IMG/VR virus record: IMGVR_UViG_3300028864_000014
Coordinates: 124,001 to 188,000 of that record
Length of the DNA: 64,000 nt
Strand: one strand, 5' to 3'
Shown here: piece after piece, positions 22,408-33,365 of the stretch
How positions within the stretch are numbered: position 1 is the first letter of the stretch
Layout of the letters: every line of letters begins with the position of its first letter
Position numbers and translations under genes: made by a program
The notes under the pieces: model-generated
Told to the model about the DNA's origin: nothing
The model's input: only the letters and a program-made list of their open reading frames with translations
Database searches by the model: none

Positions 22408-23565
22408 TTACATATTAAATTTATCAGAATCTACAATAAACATATATTTATTAAATTCTGTTTTTATTTGAGAATCTAATACAAAATTGGAGTTCAAATC
22501 TTTTAAAGCTTCAGCTATCAAATCTCCTTTTTCATCTTCTGTACTATCATCATATCCATTTTCCTTTATATATTCTTCTATATATCTTTTTTGAAATTCA
22601 TACTCATCTGATATATCATCTGAGTGATCACCTTTATCTTCAAATATTTCAAATAGCAGCAAAGTAAGATTATTTGAATCCTTAGAATTGTCCATCAGAT
22701 AATGTTGAATTTCTATACTATCTGGAATTTTAGACTCCACCCAATCATATTTACTATCAGAATCTTCATATTTTTTATAATTTTTTACAAGTTTATCAAT
22801 ATCAATAAAAGAGCTATAATATTCATAAAATTTTTTAGGAGTCATATTATCAATTAATTCTTCATAAGAATCTACACTTTTCTCTTCTTCCATTATTTCT
22901 ATGAAAGTTTTATCCTCATATCTTTTTGTAATAGTTTCTTCTAAAAACTCACCTTCTTCATTTTCATCTGTTATTATATCTTTTAATTGATCAGAATCTA
23001 AGTCATCTATCATATCAGAATCATATTCAATATCATCATTTCTTGCAATAATAGTATTATAATTAATTTCATCACCTTCTTCAACTACTATATTAAAATT
23101 ATCAGGAATTTCATATTCCTCAGTAGTATCATCTTCAGTAATCATAACCGTTTTTACTCCGTCTTCGTCTGAAATCGATACTATACCATCATATTCTGTT
23201 TTAATAATCATATTTTCATCATCATTATTATCATAATATAACTCAATTATTTTGTTTTCTTTTTCTCTTGTTAAATGATTATTAATATATTCTTTATATT
23301 CATATGCATCGAAATCTCCAATATTTTGATTATTCATACTATCTCTAATAATACTTTTTATATATTTATCATTATCAAAAACACCTGATATTATATTTGG
23401 ATTAGATTCTATTATATCTACGACATCACTTTGATCATAATCACTCAAATAATGTTCATCATAATAATCATATATATAGCTATCATCTAAAAAATCATGA
23501 ATCAAATCATATTTTGCACTATCTGAGCTTTCAAATAATTTAAATTTTTCAAACTTTGTTATCAT
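22408..23565 (-). CDS. very acidic protein with barrel-sandwich-hybrid-like insert, CTS-like leader plus KFNM tag
   Basis: MITKFEKFKLFE|SS; EEYEIPDNFNIVVEEGDEINYNTIIA; ends DSDKFNM*. Confidence 0.75.
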   Translation of the reverse strand: MITKFEKFKLFESSDSAKYDLIHDFLDDSYIYDYYDEHYLSDYDQSDVVDIIESNPNIISGVFDNDKYIKSIIRDSMNNQNIGDFDAYEYKEYINNHLTREKENKIIELYYDNNDDENMIIKTEYDGIVSISDEDGVKTVMITEDDTTEEYEIPDNFNIVVEEGDEINYNTIIARNDDIEYDSDMIDDLDSDQLKDIITDENEEGEFLEETITKRYEDKTFIEIMEEEKSVDSYEELIDNMTPKKFYEYYSSFIDIDKLVKNYKKYEDSDSKYDWVESKIPDSIEIQHYLMDNSKDSNNLTLLLFEIFEDKGDHSDDISDEYEFQKRYIEEYIKENGYDDSTEDEKGDLIAEALKDLNSNFVLDSQIKTEFNKYMFIVDSDKFNM

Positions 23566-23668
23566 ACTCTTTTCTTTATTTTATTTACTATTTTTAATGA
23601 TGACCATTCAATTTAATTATAATTCATAATGAGTTAGTCATTTTAATTGTTAAGTCTCTTAAATCTCT

Positions 23669-24487
23669 TTATATATTATATTTGCTAGTATCATTTATAA
23701 CTTTCCAATCATTATAATATTTATCACTTAGCATATTTGAATATTTACCTAGTGTTTCATAAACCATATCAATATCAATTCTAGTGTATTTACTTAGTTT
23801 ATTGATATTTGAATTTCTATAATTTATAAATTTTGGATTTTTAGATTTATCTATATTTGGTGTATAATACTCATCAATTATATCAGTATCAAAATGTATT
23901 GAATATTTTAATTCTTTTGTACTTAAATTGTAATACTGATGAATTTTCAATATCCAAGTATTTTTATTATAAATATTTATTTTATTTAGTTCATATAATA
24001 TAGTATCAGTGTGAAAAAATTCCCATAATTCATAGCCTAAATTACTTGGAGATTTTAACAACTTATCAAAATCATTAGAATTCTTAGTTTTTATATTAGA
24101 ATCATTAAAGTATTTTGATATATTTTTATCATTATAAATATAAGAATCAACATTATATAATTCAGATGAATAAATAATTTCTTCAATTTCTTCAATTTCA
24201 GATTTATATTCATTTAATATTCTTTCATTCTCTTTTTCTTTATATTTCTTATTATCTATTTTTTTAAGATTTTTATTTATTTCTTTCTCTATTTCATTCA
24301 TCCTTTTTTTGTATTCAGGATCAAATTCTTCATATTTTTGCTTAGCTACATCAAGTCCTTTATTACCAATTAAATTTAAAAATTTTGTATATAATTCAAA
24401 ATTTTCTTTTTTTACTTTATCTAAAAACTTAACATTTTCTTTGTCTTGTAGTATATCAAAAACTTTAAATTCAAATATTTTTCTCAT
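23669..24487 (-). CDS. hypothetical protein, CTS-like leader plus KYNI tag
   Basis: MRKIFEFKVFD...DTSKYNI*. Confidence 0.8.
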   Translation of the reverse strand: MRKIFEFKVFDILQDKENVKFLDKVKKENFELYTKFLNLIGNKGLDVAKQKYEEFDPEYKKRMNEIEKEINKNLKKIDNKKYKEKENERILNEYKSEIEEIEEIIYSSELYNVDSYIYNDKNISKYFNDSNIKTKNSNDFDKLLKSPSNLGYELWEFFHTDTILYELNKINIYNKNTWILKIHQYYNLSTKELKYSIHFDTDIIDEYYTPNIDKSKNPKFINYRNSNINKLSKYTRIDIDMVYETLGKYSNMLSDKYYNDWKVINDTSKYNI

Positions 24488-24490
24488 TAA

Positions 24491-24826
24491 TTATATATTA
24501 TATTTGTGTGTATCATTTGTAAATTCTGGAACATAAAAATAATCTAAAAAATCTGGTAAGTGATTATAATAACTATTCACATTAAACTCTATTTTATTTT
24601 TTTTATCATCAAACATAACGACTTTATCAATGCATTCAATTGGTAAATAATCTAAAATATTATATTTTTCTATTGCATCTTGTGGACTACCATAAAAACC
24701 GCAAACTTTATAACTTTTGTCTTTTTCAAAATTTATAACTTTACCTTTATAATTTTTTATGCACATCAAAATATCATCAACTCTTCTTAAATCTGGTGTA
24801 TTATATTTTTCAAATATAGTTATCAT
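24491..24826 (-). CDS. hypothetical protein, CTS-like leader plus KYNI tag
   Basis: MITIFEKY...DTHKYNI*. Confidence 0.8.
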   Translation of the reverse strand: MITIFEKYNTPDLRRVDDILMCIKNYKGKVINFEKDKSYKVCGFYGSPQDAIEKYNILDYLPIECIDKVVMFDDKKNKIEFNVNSYYNHLPDFLDYFYVPEFTNDTHKYNI

Positions 24827-25164
24827 ACATTGAATTTTTTTGTGTCTAATAATAATACATACGAATTTTTAGCATTTTCTAATCTATCATATGATGATAC
24901 CACATTAATTTCATTAATTGTTAATATATCAGTCCTTTTTGTGCTAAAAATAAAATTAGTGAAATCATATTCATAAATTTCAAGAACAACACGATCAAAC
25001 ACATCAATTAAAATAAATTTAGCAAGATAAAAATCCTTCTGATATTCAAATATAACATACTTATCATAATATTTTTTATAATCTAATATCTTTCTAGCCA
25101 TATCTTCATGAATTTTTTTTATTGAATCTTCAATGTTAATTTCAAATTTTTTAATATATTTCAT
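24823..25164 (-). CDS. hypothetical protein, CTS-like leader plus KFNV tag
   Basis: MKYIKKFE...DTKKFNV*. Confidence 0.8.
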   Translation of the reverse strand: MKYIKKFEINIEDSIKKIHEDMARKILDYKKYYDKYVIFEYQKDFYLAKFILIDVFDRVVLEIYEYDFTNFIFSTKRTDILTINEINVVSSYDRLENAKNSYVLLLDTKKFNV

Positions 25165-25244
25165 TTATATGATGAATTTTCAATATATATAAAAAAAAAT
25201 AATTACAAAACTTTTATTTTTTATTTTTATATAAAAAATAAAAA

Positions 25245-25490
25245 ATGCAAACATTAATATTCAATACATCGGAAAAAACAACAACTTTATATAACGGATT
25301 ATCAATTGATAAAGAACTTATAATATCAGAATATTCTTTTATTGATATTAGTACAGTTTCTGTAAGAGAAGGTTATTATGAATTTATGCAAAAAAAGGAA
25401 ATAAACACTGCAACAAGTGGTAGATATTCAGTTGTTCCTGTTGCTAGATTACCTATTTCTCAAACTAATATGATTATTATAAACGAATAA
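25245..25490 (+). CDS. hypothetical protein
   Basis: ORF followed by a convergent terminator (aaaacctgta/tacaggcttt). Confidence 0.65.
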   Translation: MQTLIFNTSEKTTTLYNGLSIDKELIISEYSFIDISTVSVREGYYEFMQKKEINTATSGRYSVVPVARLPISQTNMIIINE

Positions 25491-25522
25491 AACCTGTATT
25501 TTTTACAGGCTTTATTTAATAA

Positions 25523-26107
25523 TTAAACATTGAATTTATTTATATCAGTTTTTAAATCAAAATCTTTTTTATATTTTGGAAATTTATTGTTTATGTATAT
25601 TTCAATATCATTTATATAATCTTGTTTATGACTATTATATTCCTTAAATCCCATCATTAAATCATAAAAATTCTCACCTTCATTATTCTTAATATCAAGA
25701 TTTAATCCAGATTTTAAAAATTTTTCTAATATTGAAATAAATGTACCAGAATCATAAAAGCAAGACAAATATCTCATTATTGCAGTTTCACCATTTATAT
25801 CTTGCATATTTACATCTGCTTTAGCATTTAATAATTTATTTATAACTGTTGGGGTAGAAGCCATCATCAATGCAGTAATACCATTTCTATCTTTCTCATT
25901 AACATCTGCTTTACCTTCAATCAATGCATCAACAACAAATGGAAATTTTACAGCGTGCATCAATGCTGTTTTTTCATCTGAATCTTTCATATTAACATCT
26001 TCACCATCTTTTAATGCTTGTTTTACTGCATTAGTACTTCCTTTTCTTGCTGATGATATAAATGGTGGTTCTTTTACCAATCTTTCAAATAATCTTAAAT
26101 ATTTCAT
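25523..26107 (-). CDS. ankyrin-repeat protein (start moved from 26173 to 26107), CTS-like leader plus KFNV tag
   Basis: MKYLRLFE; KTALMHAV, GITALMMA, GETAIMRY repeats; ends DINKFNV*. Confidence 0.88.
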   Translation of the reverse strand: MKYLRLFERLVKEPPFISSARKGSTNAVKQALKDGEDVNMKDSDEKTALMHAVKFPFVVDALIEGKADVNEKDRNGITALMMASTPTVINKLLNAKADVNMQDINGETAIMRYLSCFYDSGTFISILEKFLKSGLNLDIKNNEGENFYDLMMGFKEYNSHKQDYINDIEIYINNKFPKYKKDFDLKTDINKFNV

Positions 26108-26173
26108 TTTAAATTTTAAATTTTTATTATAACTATATATAATTTTCATAAATATAAAATTATATATAATCAT

Positions 26174-26704
26174 ATGAAATATTTAAAACAATATGAAACA
26201 TACATAGAGATGTTTTTAGATGATGATGATCAATTATTTTTAATGCTAGAATATATTAACAATAATGATTCAGATAAGATAAAAAAATTATTTATTAAAG
26301 AATTCGATCCAAACACAAAGCAAGGAAGAGAACCAATAGTAATGAATCTTATAAATAAGATAGAAAACATAAATATAAATATATTAAATTTATTCATTGA
26401 ATTTGGACTAACTGTTGATATAATAACATCATTTTTATATAATAGTATAAATTGGTATAATAAAAAAACAGATAAACTAAATTTATTAGAATCATCAAGA
26501 ATATGCATAAAATCAGGAGCAAATTTATTTTATGAATATGGTAGAAATGAAAATATATTTGATGTAATAGATGATAATGATAGAATATCAGATAAATTTA
26601 GAAAGGAATTATATAAAATGATACAATATGAATTACCAAATGAATATAATAAATATATTACTGATAAAGAAATTAAAGACAATTCATCTAAATTTAACAT
26701 ATAA
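26174..26704 (+). CDS. degenerate ankyrin-like protein, CTS-like leader plus KFNI tag
   Basis: MKYLKQYE; FDPNTK, CIKSGANLF, GRNENIFD; ends NSSKFNI*. Confidence 0.6.
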   Translation: MKYLKQYETYIEMFLDDDDQLFLMLEYINNNDSDKIKKLFIKEFDPNTKQGREPIVMNLINKIENININILNLFIEFGLTVDIITSFLYNSINWYNKKTDKLNLLESSRICIKSGANLFYEYGRNENIFDVIDDNDRISDKFRKELYKMIQYELPNEYNKYITDKEIKDNSSKFNI

Positions 26705-26733
26705 AAAAATCCTGATTTCTCAGGATTTTTTTT
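26705..26733. terminator. bidirectional terminator
   Basis: aaaaaatcctga/tcaggatttttt. Confidence 0.85.
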
Positions 26734-28241
26734 TATTTATCAATAAATAATTTATTATCAGGAGGCCATTTTATATGTGGTGCTTCTTGAGTATCAGTAA
26801 TCACCCATAATATTTTATCAAAATACTTAGGAATACTAAATTTAAATTTGTCTGGAGCAGTACCCATAGCATCAGTAAAATATATAACAAATGATGGAAC
26901 AGTTCCTTTAGATATTAAATTTTTCTCTATCCATTGAAACGGTGGGATAAAACTTGTACCACCACCACCTTTTGCTTTAAAGTGTTTACCAAGAATTTCT
27001 TTAAATTTACTTTCATTCATTGAATCACCACTCTTTGTTTTAAGATTAATCCTTTCAATTCCTGCCACTGCGTCATCACACCAAATAATTATAGCTTCTT
27101 CTATTTTCTTTGTACCGAAAATACCATAAATTTCAGTTGCAAATCTACCAAGTGTCTCATCACCAATAGAACCTGATGTATCAATACATAATACGACAGT
27201 TCTAAATCCACTATCTTTAGGATATTTTAATCCTGGTAAATACAATGGGTCATCTTGTCCAATAAATCTTTTATTAAAATAACCATATTTAGGATTACTT
27301 GAAAAACATTTATTCATAAATTTAACCAATGCTGATCTCCAATTAACTTTTGGTTTTCCAATTTTATTAAACCATCTATTTAATGATTGTGATCCAGTTC
27401 CTTGATTATTACTTTTTGCATTATTTAATATTTGTCCCCACTTTTTAGCCAAATCCCCTGGATCTTTAATATCTGAAAGTTCATCACTACCTTCAAATAA
27501 CGTTGCACCTTTTTTGTCATCTAAACTACCTGGCGCTCTTAAATCTCCTACTCCTGGAACTGAATTGTCTGGTTGTCCTTGTCCAGGCTGTCCTTGTCCA
27601 GGTTGTCCTTGTCCAGGTTGTCCTTGTCCAGGCTGTCCTTGTCCAGGCTGTCCTTGTCCAGGCTGTCCCTGTCCAGGTTGTCCCTGTCCAGGTTTTCCTG
27701 GTTTTTTTGGTTTTGCATTTTCTTCTTTTTCAAGAACTACATAAATTTGTTCAGCACTCATATCACGATATTTTTCATCCAATAAAATATTAGATGGTAC
27801 TCTCAATATATCAGGCTTACTGGTTGCATTATCTGGTGTTTCTTTACTCATATCAGATATTTGAAGATTAATAGCATAATCAGCAGCTTGATTCCACAAA
27901 TCATGATTTCTATCCCCTTGTCTTATAAAGTGAAGATTCGCATTGTGCATAACTTCGTGTATCAACACAAATGCTACTTCTTCAGTATTTTTTAATACAT
28001 TATTAACAAAATTCGTATTATATAAAATATTTTTACCATCAGTTGCCATAGTGTCTATTCCACTTCCAGGTGCAGCTTCCGCAATATTCAATTGAAAAAA
28101 CAAATCTGCAAAGAAATTATAGTAAGCCATCACAGATGTTAATGCTGCTCTGACTTTACCTTTAGCTAATTTATTTAATTTTGGATCAGTAAAATCTTCA
28201 TTTATACTCAAAAAATTAAATGCATTGAATTTTTTTATCAT
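26733..28241 (-). CDS. DUF2201-type metallopeptidase-like plus vWA domain protein (AAA partner)
   Basis: MATDGKNILYN, FVLIHEVMH (HExxH), LWNQAADYAIN, CIDTSGSI (MIDAS), GGGGTSF, IYFTD. Confidence 0.88.
   Translation of the reverse strand: MIKKFNAFNFLSINEDFTDPKLNKLAKGKVRAALTSVMAYYNFFADLFFQLNIAEAAPGSGIDTMATDGKNILYNTNFVNNVLKNTEEVAFVLIHEVMHNANLHFIRQGDRNHDLWNQAADYAINLQISDMSKETPDNATSKPDILRVPSNILLDEKYRDMSAEQIYVVLEKEENAKPKKPGKPGQGQPGQGQPGQGQPGQGQPGQGQPGQGQPGQGQPGQGQPDNSVPGVGDLRAPGSLDDKKGATLFEGSDELSDIKDPGDLAKKWGQILNNAKSNNQGTGSQSLNRWFNKIGKPKVNWRSALVKFMNKCFSSNPKYGYFNKRFIGQDDPLYLPGLKYPKDSGFRTVVLCIDTSGSIGDETLGRFATEIYGIFGTKKIEEAIIIWCDDAVAGIERINLKTKSGDSMNESKFKEILGKHFKAKGGGGTSFIPPFQWIEKNLISKGTVPSFVIYFTDAMGTAPDKFKFSIPKYFDKILWVITDTQEAPHIKWPPDNKLFIDK
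27571..27690 (-). repeat. coding tandem repeat, 8 x 15 bp (PGQGQ linker)
   Basis: gg(t/c)tgtcc(t/c)tgtcca x8. Confidence 0.95.
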
Positions 28242-28262
28242 TTTAAAATTTTATTTTTTTAA

Positions 28263-29798
28263 TTATTCTCCTGCCATAGTTTTTTGTAGTACTACATGCC
28301 ATCTTTTAGCAAAATCTAACCACACGTCTTGATATTCAGTTTTAATATATGGATGAGCTTTTACAAAATAAGATGCTATTGCAACAATTGCTTCATTTTC
28401 TTTTCCTCTTGTAGCAAATTCATATACATTTTTAACTTCTTCTTTTGAAATATGTTTACCTTGTTTAAATGTGGCAATTGCAATAGAGCAAGCTCTAATT
28501 TGATCTTGTCTAGTTGGCCATTTAACATTTTTAGATCTTTCATTACCATCATATATATCTTGAATATCTTTTTCACTGAAGAATTCCTGTAATTTCATAT
28601 AATTAACAAAATCCATAGCTGCTTCTAATCCTACATATTTAGTATAAATATTTTGAATTTCTGGATATGATAATTTATTAGCCCAATCTTCACTTCTTTC
28701 ATTAAATTCATCTTGTGATGCCATTTCCCATGTTCTTGGAGATGCCCAACCTGGACTTTTAGATTCCTTATCCAATCTATGAAAGTAATTAGGATGATAT
28801 TGTAAATATGAAATAAGAAACGGATTTATATCTTTTCTTGATAATGCATATTTAACCCAATCATCAACAGATGGAGAATAATTAACATGAGCAAAACGAT
28901 TCCATAAAATTGGATCATCAGTCAAATCAGTAGTATCGATATCATCTTTTCTATTACCTGCTGCAATAATAATCCACCTTGGAGGTAAATCATAATCACC
29001 ATGACTACCACTCAATGCCAATGCCAATGATGCACTAAGAACCATTTGTGGTGCTCTATTCATTTCATCAAAAAACATTATACCACCTTTTCCATTTCCA
29101 TCACTTGTAGGAAATATAGCAGGTAATTTAGATACTGTTTTATCATTTTCTATTTTAGGAACACCTCTAAAGTCAGTAGGCTCAATTTGTGATAAATGCC
29201 ATTCTTGAACAACAATATCTAAATCTTTAGCAACTTGATGTAAAATCTCAGTTTTACCAATTCCAGGAGCACCCCAAATAAACAATGCATGAGTTTTTTT
29301 TCTAGCAAATTCTGATCCTTTATCATAATTCTCTTGCTCATGTTTTCCTGCTCTATGTAAATTCATATTATAAACTCTTTTAACCCTTTCTCTAAGCTTC
29401 TCTACATTAACATTTCTCATCACTTCTTCATCACCACTTGGATAATTCAAAGTTACCATTGCTTCATCTACACTATTTCCTTTTTCAATTTTTTCACCTT
29501 TATCATTGAATCTTGAACGTATTTCAGATTCAATTTCTTCTGCTGTTGGAGATTTATCACCTTTTAAATTATTAAGATAATTGTCAGGAATAATTATTTC
29601 AACAACATCTCTAGTTTTTCCATCCTCATCTACATAGGTTGGAATTTCACCTTTATCTTTTAAATATTTTGAATAATACAACCATGCATTTTTACCAAAT
29701 TTGGATTTGAAATAACTATTTAACTTGTTCCACGCATTTGTTAATATATTCTCATTTAATTTATATTCTTCAGAATAACTATCGTATTTCTTTATCAT
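28263..29798 (-). CDS. MoxR/dynein-related AAA+ ATPase with N-terminal extension
   Basis: Walker A WGAPGIGKTE, Walker B MFFDE, AAGNR, sensor SPRTW. Confidence 0.9.
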   Translation of the reverse strand: MIKKYDSYSEEYKLNENILTNAWNKLNSYFKSKFGKNAWLYYSKYLKDKGEIPTYVDEDGKTRDVVEIIIPDNYLNNLKGDKSPTAEEIESEIRSRFNDKGEKIEKGNSVDEAMVTLNYPSGDEEVMRNVNVEKLRERVKRVYNMNLHRAGKHEQENYDKGSEFARKKTHALFIWGAPGIGKTEILHQVAKDLDIVVQEWHLSQIEPTDFRGVPKIENDKTVSKLPAIFPTSDGNGKGGIMFFDEMNRAPQMVLSASLALALSGSHGDYDLPPRWIIIAAGNRKDDIDTTDLTDDPILWNRFAHVNYSPSVDDWVKYALSRKDINPFLISYLQYHPNYFHRLDKESKSPGWASPRTWEMASQDEFNERSEDWANKLSYPEIQNIYTKYVGLEAAMDFVNYMKLQEFFSEKDIQDIYDGNERSKNVKWPTRQDQIRACSIAIATFKQGKHISKEEVKNVYEFATRGKENEAIVAIASYFVKAHPYIKTEYQDVWLDFAKRWHVVLQKTMAGE

Positions 29799-29818
29799 TT
29801 TATTATATTTTTATTTTT

Positions 29819-31255
29819 TTATAACATATCGTTTTCACGAGCATCTCCTCTTTTTGATTTACCTTCTGGATTTTTCTTTCTTTCTTCCTCACGTTCTTTT
29901 TCATCTAATTTTTTAAGAAAATTTACAAATGCAACTGCACTAGCGTATCCAACAAAATCTTCATATATATCTTTTACTTCTTCATATGATAATCTATTTT
30001 TCCAATCAAATCCTCTTTCAAAATAATCTTCTTCTGATGCCATTTCCCAAGTTCTTGGTGATGTCCAATTAGGAGCTTGATCAACAGTTTTTAATCTGTG
30101 ATAATATTCTGGATTTTCTTTAATAAATTGTATAAGTTTAGGATTAATTGATTTTATGTTTTTTGCATATCCAATCCAATCTGAAGGTTTTGGAGAAAAA
30201 TTGATATGTTGAAATCTATTCCATAAAATTTTATCTTCTGTTAAATCACCTGAACTCAAATCAGAACCTCTATTACCTGCTGCAATAACTATCCAATGTG
30301 GAGGTAATTCATAACTACCATGTTTACCACTTAATGCTAATGACAATGAAGCATCAAGAACCATTTGTGGTGCTCTATTCATTTCGTCAAAAAACATAAT
30401 ACCACCTTTTCCATTTTTTCCATCACTTGTAGGAAATATTGTTGGTAACTTCCAAACTGTTCTTTCATCTTTTGGATCATCAGTTCCCATTACATTTTCA
30501 ATTCTAGGAATACCTCTAAAGTCAGTTGGTTCAATTTGTGATAGATGCCATTCAATTACCGCAATTTCTAGTTCTCTCGCAACTTGATGCAAAATTTCAG
30601 TTTTACCAATTCCAGGAGCACCCCAAATAAATATTGCATTAGTCTTTCTTCTTACATATTCTGTTCCTTTATCACCTTCTGCTTGATGTCTTCCTGCCCT
30701 AAGTGAATTCATATTATAAAGTTTAATTACTTCATGTTTTAATTCAGCAACATCTTCATTACGTACAGTTGGATCTGGATGATCTAATCCAACAAAATCT
30801 TCATTATCATCAAGAACTCCTTCATTTAAATATAAATTTTTTAAGCTTTCTTTGACTTTTTCCAATTCTTCAATTTCATCATTAACTACTTTTTCCTCTT
30901 CATCATTATTTCCAGGAGTTTCATCAGATCCTTTAAGTCCAGGAATTTCTTCTGTTTTCTCATCTTCTACTGTTTCTAATTCTGTTTCTACTCCTGACTC
31001 TTCAATTTCTTTATCAGAAGGTAAATCTGATGTACTCGCATACGCTGTTGGACATATAAATTCTATGCCTCTTGGTAATTTTCCCTTTTTCTGTAAATAC
31101 AAAGCATAATATACCCAAGCATGTTTCCCAAAATGTTGTTTGAAGAATCCAACAACCTTGTTTAAAATATCAGAAAATACATTTTCATTTATTTTTACAC
31201 TTTCATTTTCTCTATATTCTTTAGAAAAATGATCATAATTTTTTAATGTTTTCAT
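29819..31255 (-). CDS. second MoxR/dynein-related AAA+ ATPase, tandem paralogue
   Basis: Same Walker A/B, AAGNR and SPRTWEMAS; shorter C-terminal lobe. Confidence 0.9.
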   Translation of the reverse strand: MKTLKNYDHFSKEYRENESVKINENVFSDILNKVVGFFKQHFGKHAWVYYALYLQKKGKLPRGIEFICPTAYASTSDLPSDKEIEESGVETELETVEDEKTEEIPGLKGSDETPGNNDEEEKVVNDEIEELEKVKESLKNLYLNEGVLDDNEDFVGLDHPDPTVRNEDVAELKHEVIKLYNMNSLRAGRHQAEGDKGTEYVRRKTNAIFIWGAPGIGKTEILHQVARELEIAVIEWHLSQIEPTDFRGIPRIENVMGTDDPKDERTVWKLPTIFPTSDGKNGKGGIMFFDEMNRAPQMVLDASLSLALSGKHGSYELPPHWIVIAAGNRGSDLSSGDLTEDKILWNRFQHINFSPKPSDWIGYAKNIKSINPKLIQFIKENPEYYHRLKTVDQAPNWTSPRTWEMASEEDYFERGFDWKNRLSYEEVKDIYEDFVGYASAVAFVNFLKKLDEKEREEERKKNPEGKSKRGDARENDML

Positions 31256-31315
31256 TCTACGAAATTATTTTTGTTTTTATATATAAAATTTTAGATTTCC
31301 TTTTTTAATAATAAA

Positions 31316-32202
31316 TTATTTATAATGTTTTCCCTCAGATGAATATTTTGCTTGTCTCCATCTAATGTCATTCATTGTACCCCAAGCTGTTTTATAAGAA
31401 CCACCATATATTTGAGGACGATTACCTGATGCTATTTTATCTGATTTTTCCTTTGCATTCATTAAATGCCACAATTTTTCTCTTTCTGGTACATTTTCTG
31501 AACCTGAATAATTATCAATAGAAATTAAATCTTCCATATCAAAATCTACATCAGAATTATAATAATCATCGTTATCTTCACTGTACTCAGTATTTACTAT
31601 TTCACCATTCATTCTAACTACTTCTATTCTCCAACCATTATTAAAAATTTTAATTTTTAATTCACTCTCTATTTTTTTAATTATAGATTTAAACAATTCC
31701 ACATTAGGATATGTCCAAAAAGAAATTATTTTACTTTTTGTCCATAATCTTCCAGGATAACTTGGATTATCTATTTCAGAACCTGCATTAAAATGAGAAT
31801 CTTTAAACTCACCAAAATACACATTTAATACATTTGTGTGTTTATCATTTACATCGCAATAAAAAGGTTTAGAATCTAAATCATCCATATCACATAGCTT
31901 ATCACCATTTTCATCACGTATATAACTTGGATTTTCTTTCAATAATTTAAAATTTGAAAATTTTTTAATCATAATTGTTTTTTATTTTATACTTTAACTG
32001 GTTTGTTATATTTAACTGTTCTTGGATCAAAACTTGTATAAACACCACATGGATAATATTCTTGAACAAAAAATGTTAATGCCTGTAAAACTGCATACTT
32101 ACTTTTTACGTACGTATATATAACAGGAGCTACACCTTTTTCACCATGTTTTGAATCAACTGGATTTGAATAAATAAAAGTAACATTGGTATATTTCCAC
32201 AT
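31316..32202 (-). other. two hypothetical ORFs (31987-32202; 31316-31972 with CTS-like leader MIKKFSNFKLLKE)
   Basis: ORF track; TTATATATA on the minus strand at 32223-32231 and 31278-31286. Confidence 0.7.
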
Positions 32203-32267
32203 GATAAATATTTTGTTTTTCCTATATATAATTTTATAAAATATTTTTTTATATGGAATATTATTAT

Positions 32268-32275
32268 TATCTTTG
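32268..32275 (+). promoter_or_regulatory. Bacteroidota -7 element starting the long plus-strand accessory region
   Basis: TATCTTTG. Confidence 0.6.
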
Positions 32276-32295
32276 ATAAATAAAAAACAAATTAT

Positions 32296-32907
32296 ATGAT
32301 TAAAAAAATTGGAAAATTTAATACTGAAAGTGATATATTAAGAATTACTGATCCATGCTATGATAAAACTGTTTGGTGTAGTGGAATTCTACAAAATTGT
32401 AATATAGGAAAATGGACATCATTTATAAAATATAGTGATGAAAAAAAATTTGGTAATAGAGTATCTGAAAATATTGCAATATTTGGAGATGAATCAATTG
32501 AAAATGTTTTAGATATAATAAATAACAATAGCTGGAAAGATTCAGGTATTGATGTTGGAGTTGATTCAGGTCAATGCGGAATTTTTGATGATTCTAAATA
32601 TCCAAAAACTAAGGATGAAATTGGTGAATGGGGTGATAAATCATCTTTTTATGGTAATTGTTGTGATATTACTGATACTAATGAATTAGGAGGTAATTTA
32701 GTTTTTGGAGTAGTTTCAAGAACAGGATTTGGAGATGGTTCATATGTATGCTTATACTCTACTAAAGATGATAAAATAAATGCAGTAAGAATAATATTTA
32801 TTCAAGAAGATGAAGAAGAAGATGATGATTTCATTGAAGAAGATATTATAGAAGATTATATTCCTGAAGGATTTAACCCCGATGATATTACATTTTTAAA
32901 AATTTAA
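32296..32907 (+). CDS. DUF4241-like hypothetical protein
   Basis: ITDPCY, GVDSGQCGIFD, SRTGFGDGSYVC. Confidence 0.5.
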   Translation: MIKKIGKFNTESDILRITDPCYDKTVWCSGILQNCNIGKWTSFIKYSDEKKFGNRVSENIAIFGDESIENVLDIINNNSWKDSGIDVGVDSGQCGIFDDSKYPKTKDEIGEWGDKSSFYGNCCDITDTNELGGNLVFGVVSRTGFGDGSYVCLYSTKDDKINAVRIIFIQEDEEEDDDFIEEDIIEDYIPEGFNPDDITFLKI

Positions 32908-33029
32908 CATCTTTGTAACACGGATTTCCTTATAAAAAATGTTTTACAATAAGTTTTTTTAATATATAATGTCTCAATATATTTTAAACTATTTAAACAG
33001 TTTTTAATACAAAAAAATAAAAATAACTC

Positions 33030-33365
33030 ATGATAGAACATTTAACATTAGAAACATTCAAGGAAAAAATTATGGATTTTGAAACTCAAAAATTCAAAAA
33101 TGATAAACCTATTGCGTTGAAATTCAGTGCCTTATGGTGCGGTCCATGTAAGTCTTATACTCCAATATTTGAAAATGTTTCAAATGAAATTAAAGATATG
33201 ACATTTTATTCAGTAGACGTAGAAGATGAAATTGAAATTTCAGAAATATTTTCAATAAAGAGTATACCAACTACTATTATCATAAATACTAAAGGAGAAA
33301 AAGTAACTTTTACTGGAATGACTCAAAAAAATAAATTAATTGAACAAATAAATAGCAATTTGTAA
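33030..33365 (+). CDS. trxA: thioredoxin
   Basis: FSALWCGPCK, IKSIPT. Confidence 0.92.
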   Translation: MIEHLTLETFKEKIMDFETQKFKNDKPIALKFSALWCGPCKSYTPIFENVSNEIKDMTFYSVDVEDEIEISEIFSIKSIPTTIIINTKGEKVTFTGMTQKNKLIEQINSNL

